DNA from: an uncultured Acidobacteriaceae bacterium
GTDB lineage: Bacteria; Acidobacteriota; Terriglobia; Terriglobales; Acidobacteriaceae
Length of the DNA stretch: 64,000 nt
Reading direction: 5' to 3'
Assembly (NCBI GenBank): GCA_963832765.1
Contig: CAWHVI010000017.1
Coordinates: 17,900-81,899, forward strand
How positions within the stretch are numbered: the first letter of the stretch is position 1; every line of letters starts with the position of its first letter. Positions 57,854 to 64,000 of this stretch are shown here, piece by piece. Position numbers and translations under genes: made by a program. The notes below the pieces were generated by a model. That model searched no databases. It saw only the letters and a program-made list of their open reading frames with translations, and was not told where the DNA came from.

Positions 57854-57937
57854 GGCAGCCGTTGGCCGCTACCTTGTGGCTTTACAGTGAGCGGCTGAGA
57901 GTTTGGCTAAAGGCCAAGAGCTAAGGGCCAAATGCTG
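57854..57937 (+). repeat. Family-B spacer element
   Basis: GGCAGCCGTTGGCCGCTACCTTGTGGC ... GGCTAAAGGCCAAGAGCTAAGGGCCAAATGC. The 5' part is about 85 percent identical to the copy at 63720. Confidence 0.6.
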
Positions 57938-57972
57938 GTTTTAGTGAGTCCCGGAAAGTAGTAGAGAAGACA

Positions 57973-60060
<2,088 letters not shown>

Positions 60061-60063
60061 GTC

Positions 60064-60130
60064 GTGTGGGGGCGGGGATTGCCCCGTCCAGGCAAAATAA
60101 ATCCGGCGGAGCAGGCTCCGCCGCTACGCA
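60064..60130 (+). repeat. Family-A element with a 14-nt insert between the hairpins
   Basis: GTGTGGGGGCGGGGATTGCCCCGTCC-aggcaaaataaatc-CGGCGGAGCAGGCTCCGCCG. Confidence 0.7.
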
Positions 60131-60163
60131 ATAAAGGATTAGGTTAGGGCAGAGGAAACTGAA

Positions 60164-61351
<1,188 letters not shown>

Positions 61352-61352
61352 C

Positions 61353-61405
61353 GTGTAGGGACGGGGCTTGCCCCGTCCGGGCGGAGCAAGCTCCGCCGCC
61401 ACACA
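61353..61405 (+). repeat. Family-A element, full copy
   Basis: GTGTAGGGACGGGGCTTGCCCCGTCCGGGCGGAGCAAGCTCCGCCGCCACACA, starting 1 nt after the tuf stop. Confidence 0.8.
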
Positions 61406-61493
61406 ACAGAAGCGGGTTGCAGCATCCCGCATGATCTTTCCTTCCGGGCTTCGAAGTGAAGACGGCCGGAAGGGGTAAGCGAGAGTCCCAAAA

Positions 61494-61823
<330 letters not shown>

Positions 61824-61826
61824 GTC

Positions 61827-61859
61827 GTGTAGGGACGGGGCTTGCCCCGTCGCCACACA
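61827..61859 (+). repeat. Family-A element, hairpin-1-only copy
   Basis: GTGTAGGGACGGGGCTTGCCCCGTCGCCACACA. Confidence 0.75.
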
Positions 61860-61888
61860 GCCGGTGGTTGATCGCGGAGTTGAAGATT

Positions 61889-62623
61889 ATGGCAAAAGTC
61901 GCGGGCATTCTGGGCAAAAAAGTCGGCATGACGCAGTTGTTCGATTCCAAGGGCGACGTGCGTCCGGCGACCGTGCTGCAGGCGGGGCCTTGCGTGGTCA
62001 CGCAGCGCAAGAACGAAACCCGTGACGGCTATGCGGCGGCGCAGTTGGGCCTGGTTGAGTTTGTGAAAGAGTCGCGGCTGACCAAGCCGATGCGCGGCCA
62101 TCTCGGCAAAAACAACCTGCCGCCGGTCAAATTCGTTCGCGAAGTGCCGATTGAGGTCGAAGAAAAGCCCCAGGCTGACGGCGACGGCCTGAAGGCCGGC
62201 GAGAGGGTGCTGGTGGATATCTTCGACGGCGAAAAGTTTGTGGACATCGTCGGAGTGAGCAAGGGGCACGGCTTTCAGGGTGTGGTCAAACGCCACCACT
62301 TCGGCGGCGGGCCTAAGTCGCACGGTTCGATGTTTCAGATCACCGGCTCCATCGGTTCCTCGGCATTTCCTTCGCGGGTGTTCAAGGGGATGCGCATGTC
62401 CGGCCACATGGGCAACTCGCGCATCACGGTTCGCAACCTGCGCGTGCTGGGCGTCGACAAGGAAGACAATTTACTTGTGGTAGAAGGCGGAGTGCCCGGC
62501 CCGAACGGCGGATATGTGGTGATCACCAAGGCCAAGAAGCCGCCCAGAGAGCGCCGCGGATTTGCCGGGGCGGCGACGGTGGATCCGTTGAAGGCGGCCA
62601 AGCGGGCGGCCAAGAAGGGGTAG
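61889..62623 (+). CDS. rplC: 50S ribosomal protein L3
   Basis: [18 protein letters not shown]. Lys-rich C-terminal extension. Confidence 0.95.
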   Translation: MAKVAGILGKKVGMTQLFDSKGDVRPATVLQAGPCVVTQRKNETRDGYAAAQLGLVEFVKESRLTKPMRGHLGKNNLPPVKFVREVPIEVEEKPQADGDGLKAGERVLVDIFDGEKFVDIVGVSKGHGFQGVVKRHHFGGGPKSHGSMFQITGSIGSSAFPSRVFKGMRMSGHMGNSRITVRNLRVLGVDKEDNLLVVEGGVPGPNGGYVVITKAKKPPRERRGFAGAATVDPLKAAKRAAKKG

Positions 62624-62630
62624 CAGGATC

Positions 62631-62682
62631 GTGTAGGGACGGGGCTTGCCCCGTCCGGCGGAGCAAGCTCCGCTTCCACACA
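62631..62682 (+). repeat. Family-A element, full copy
   Basis: GTGTAGGGACGGGGCTTGCCCCGTCCGGCGGAGCAAGCTCCGCTTCCACACA. Confidence 0.8.
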
Positions 62683-62691
62683 GGTAACAAT

Positions 62692-63426
62692 ATGGCAACG
62701 ATTGACATTCATAATCTGGCTGGCGAGAAAGTGGGGACGCTCGACCTCGCCGATGAGATTTTCGGCGCGGTGAACGAGGACCTGCTCTGGGAAGCGGTAA
62801 AGCACTACCGCGCCGCACAGCGGGCGGGCACGCACGCCACCAAGAACAAGAAGCTGGTTTCCGGCGCGGGCAAAAAACTTTGGAAGCAAAAGGGTACCGG
62901 CCGGGCGCGTGTCGGGTCTATTCGTTCGCCCCTGTGGCGGCATGGCGGCACGGTGCATGGTCCGCAACCGCGCTCCTACGATTACACGTTTCCCCGCAAG
63001 AAATTGCTGGGGGCGCTACGCTCGGCGCTGGCGGCGAAGTTTGCCGACGGAAAATTGACTGTGGTCAATGCCTTCGACGTGAAGGACGCCAAAACAAAAC
63101 CGTTTCGCGCGGCCCTCGACAATTTGAAGGTGGATCGCACCGTCCTGCTGGTGGAAGATTCACGGCATGACAATCGCAATCTGGAGCTCAGTTCGCGCAA
63201 TATTGACGGGCTGGAACTGGTCAGCGGAAGCGAAGTTCATCCCTATCATCTGCTGCGCTACGACCGGGTGATTTTCTCGCAACCGGCGATCGAGAAGATG
63301 CAGGTATCGCTGAAGAAATCGGCCTCGAAACGGCAGCACGGAGCGGCGGAAGGTGAAGGACAGAAGCAGGCCAAAAGCGCGCCCCGGCGGCGCGTGCGCC
63401 ATGACAAAGCGGCGGAGGTGGCGTGA
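62692..63426 (+). CDS. rplD: 50S ribosomal protein L4
   Basis: Canonical L4 core with a basic C-terminal extension of about 35 aa. Overlaps the rplW start. Confidence 0.95.
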   Translation: MATIDIHNLAGEKVGTLDLADEIFGAVNEDLLWEAVKHYRAAQRAGTHATKNKKLVSGAGKKLWKQKGTGRARVGSIRSPLWRHGGTVHGPQPRSYDYTFPRKKLLGALRSALAAKFADGKLTVVNAFDVKDAKTKPFRAALDNLKVDRTVLLVEDSRHDNRNLELSSRNIDGLELVSGSEVHPYHLLRYDRVIFSQPAIEKMQVSLKKSASKRQHGAAEGEGQKQAKSAPRRRVRHDKAAEVA

Positions 63427-63719
63427 TGAAGACGGCATATCAAATTATTCGCCGCCCGGTGATTACGGAAAAGGGCCTGGCCATCAAGGAGAACCAGAGC
63501 ACGCTGGTGTTCCAGGTGGCGCCCAAGGCGACTAAGACCGAAATCAAGGAAGCGGTGCAGGCGATTTTCAAGGTGAAGGTGCATTCGGTGCGTACCGCGC
63601 TTTATCCCGGGAAAGAGCGGCGCCGCGGCAAGTTTGCCGGCTACCGCCCGGACTGGAAAAAGGCTTACGTACGGCTGAAGTCCGGCGAGAAAATGCCGGA
63701 GTACGCGCAGAATTTGTAA
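63423..63719 (+). CDS. rplW: 50S ribosomal protein L23
   Basis: IIRRPVITEKG...FQV. Start is either the GTG at 63423 or the ATG at 63426. Confidence 0.95.
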   Translation: MMKTAYQIIRRPVITEKGLAIKENQSTLVFQVAPKATKTEIKEAVQAIFKVKVHSVRTALYPGKERRRGKFAGYRPDWKKAYVRLKSGEKMPEYAQNL

Positions 63720-63814
63720 GGCGGCCGTTGGCCGTTAGCCTTTGGCCGTTGGAGGCAGTGGCGTTGGACGGCGGCAAGAAAAGCTAAGAGTTAACAGCTG
63801 GAAGCTAAGAGCTG
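63720..63814 (+). repeat. Family-B spacer element
   Basis: GGCGGCCGTTGGCCGTTAGCCTTTGGCCGTTGG ... AAGCTAAGAGTTAACAGCTGGAAGCTAAGAGCTG, starting immediately after the rplW stop. Confidence 0.6.
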
Positions 63815-63819
63815 ATTTT

Positions 63820-64000
63820 ATGGCAATCAAGACCTACAGACCGACAACCCAGACGCTGCGGTATCGCACCACGCTGGTCAATGACGACCTGACGACGACG
63901 CAGCCGCACAAGCCCTTGCTCGAGCCTAAGCGGCGCAGCGGGGGGCGGCGGAATTCGGGGGACATCACCCTCTGGCACCGCGGCGGGGGACACAAGCGGA
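63820..64000 (+). CDS. rplB: 50S ribosomal protein L2, N-terminal fragment (runs off the window)
   Basis: MAIKTYRPTTQTLRYRTT...GGRRNSGDITLWHRGGGHKR. Confidence 0.9.
   Translation, partial: MAIKTYRPTTQTLRYRTTLVNDDLTTTQPHKPLLEPKRRSGGRRNSGDITLWHRGGGHKR

Overview
GC-rich bacterial chromosomal window made up mostly of core metabolism and translation genes. I saw no rRNA, CRISPR array, transposase, integrase or phage genes. Gene order, left to right:
- VapC/Phd-type toxin-antitoxin pair.
- Zn-ribbon/etfB/etfA operon.
- tRNA-Cys and tRNA-Gly.
- A receiver-domain gene plus a permease-less ABC ATPase.
- PhzF-family isomerase.
- Cytochrome-c-fused PQQ sugar dehydrogenase.
- 1-Cys peroxiredoxin followed by tRNA-Sec (selC).
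- Formylglycine-generating enzyme, Cys-type Tat sulfatase and GH29 fucosidase.
- DUF389 membrane protein.
- otsBA, convergent with xfp-ackA (phosphoketolase and acetate kinase).
- TIM-barrel sugar-phosphate isomerase.
- Cytochrome c plus PQQ beta-propeller dehydrogenase.
- Two MFS transporters, an OmpA-family protein with a long Ala/Gln/Glu coiled coil, and a PfkB kinase.
- DUF1223 protein and threonine aldolase.
- An uncharacterised minus-strand membrane-protein block next to an XRE/S24-like regulator, then Dps.
- aceE, aceF and lpd.
- HEXXH secreted protein, a CTP-synthase-like GATase paralog, and a TPR-GAF-degenerate-GGDEF protein.
- Crotonase, ribH and nusB.
- A large Ig-like/beta-propeller lipoprotein.
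- The str/S10 ribosomal cluster: rpsL, rpsG, fusA, tuf, rpsJ, rplC, rplD, rplW and the start of rplB.

I did not find a clear novel multi-gene defence or mobile system. The strongest signals not explained by the ORF track are:
1. A structured double-hairpin element inserted, always in sense orientation and 1-8 nt after a stop codon, in five consecutive ribosomal-operon spacers and in the etfB-etfA spacer. The copies differ by compensatory base changes.
2. A second spacer element family (CGTTGG / CCAAG arms). One copy appears to supply the C-terminal tail of RibH.
3. A MITE-like family (GTCATCsTGAGCG ... GCAGTCGAAsGATCCCT), with copies nested in the 527-bp xfp upstream spacer.
4. Single-base frameshifts in G/C runs that split aceF and a crotonase gene.
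5. Several catalytically degenerate paralogs: a receiver with Asn at the phospho-acceptor position, a GATase lacking His and Glu, a GGDEF domain reading DTTT, and an S24-like domain lacking the Ser/Lys dyad.
6. An unannotated 36-codon signal-peptide/Cys-rich ORF at the head of the uncharacterised membrane block.

All homology calls come from reading the translated ORFs by eye. No database search was possible.
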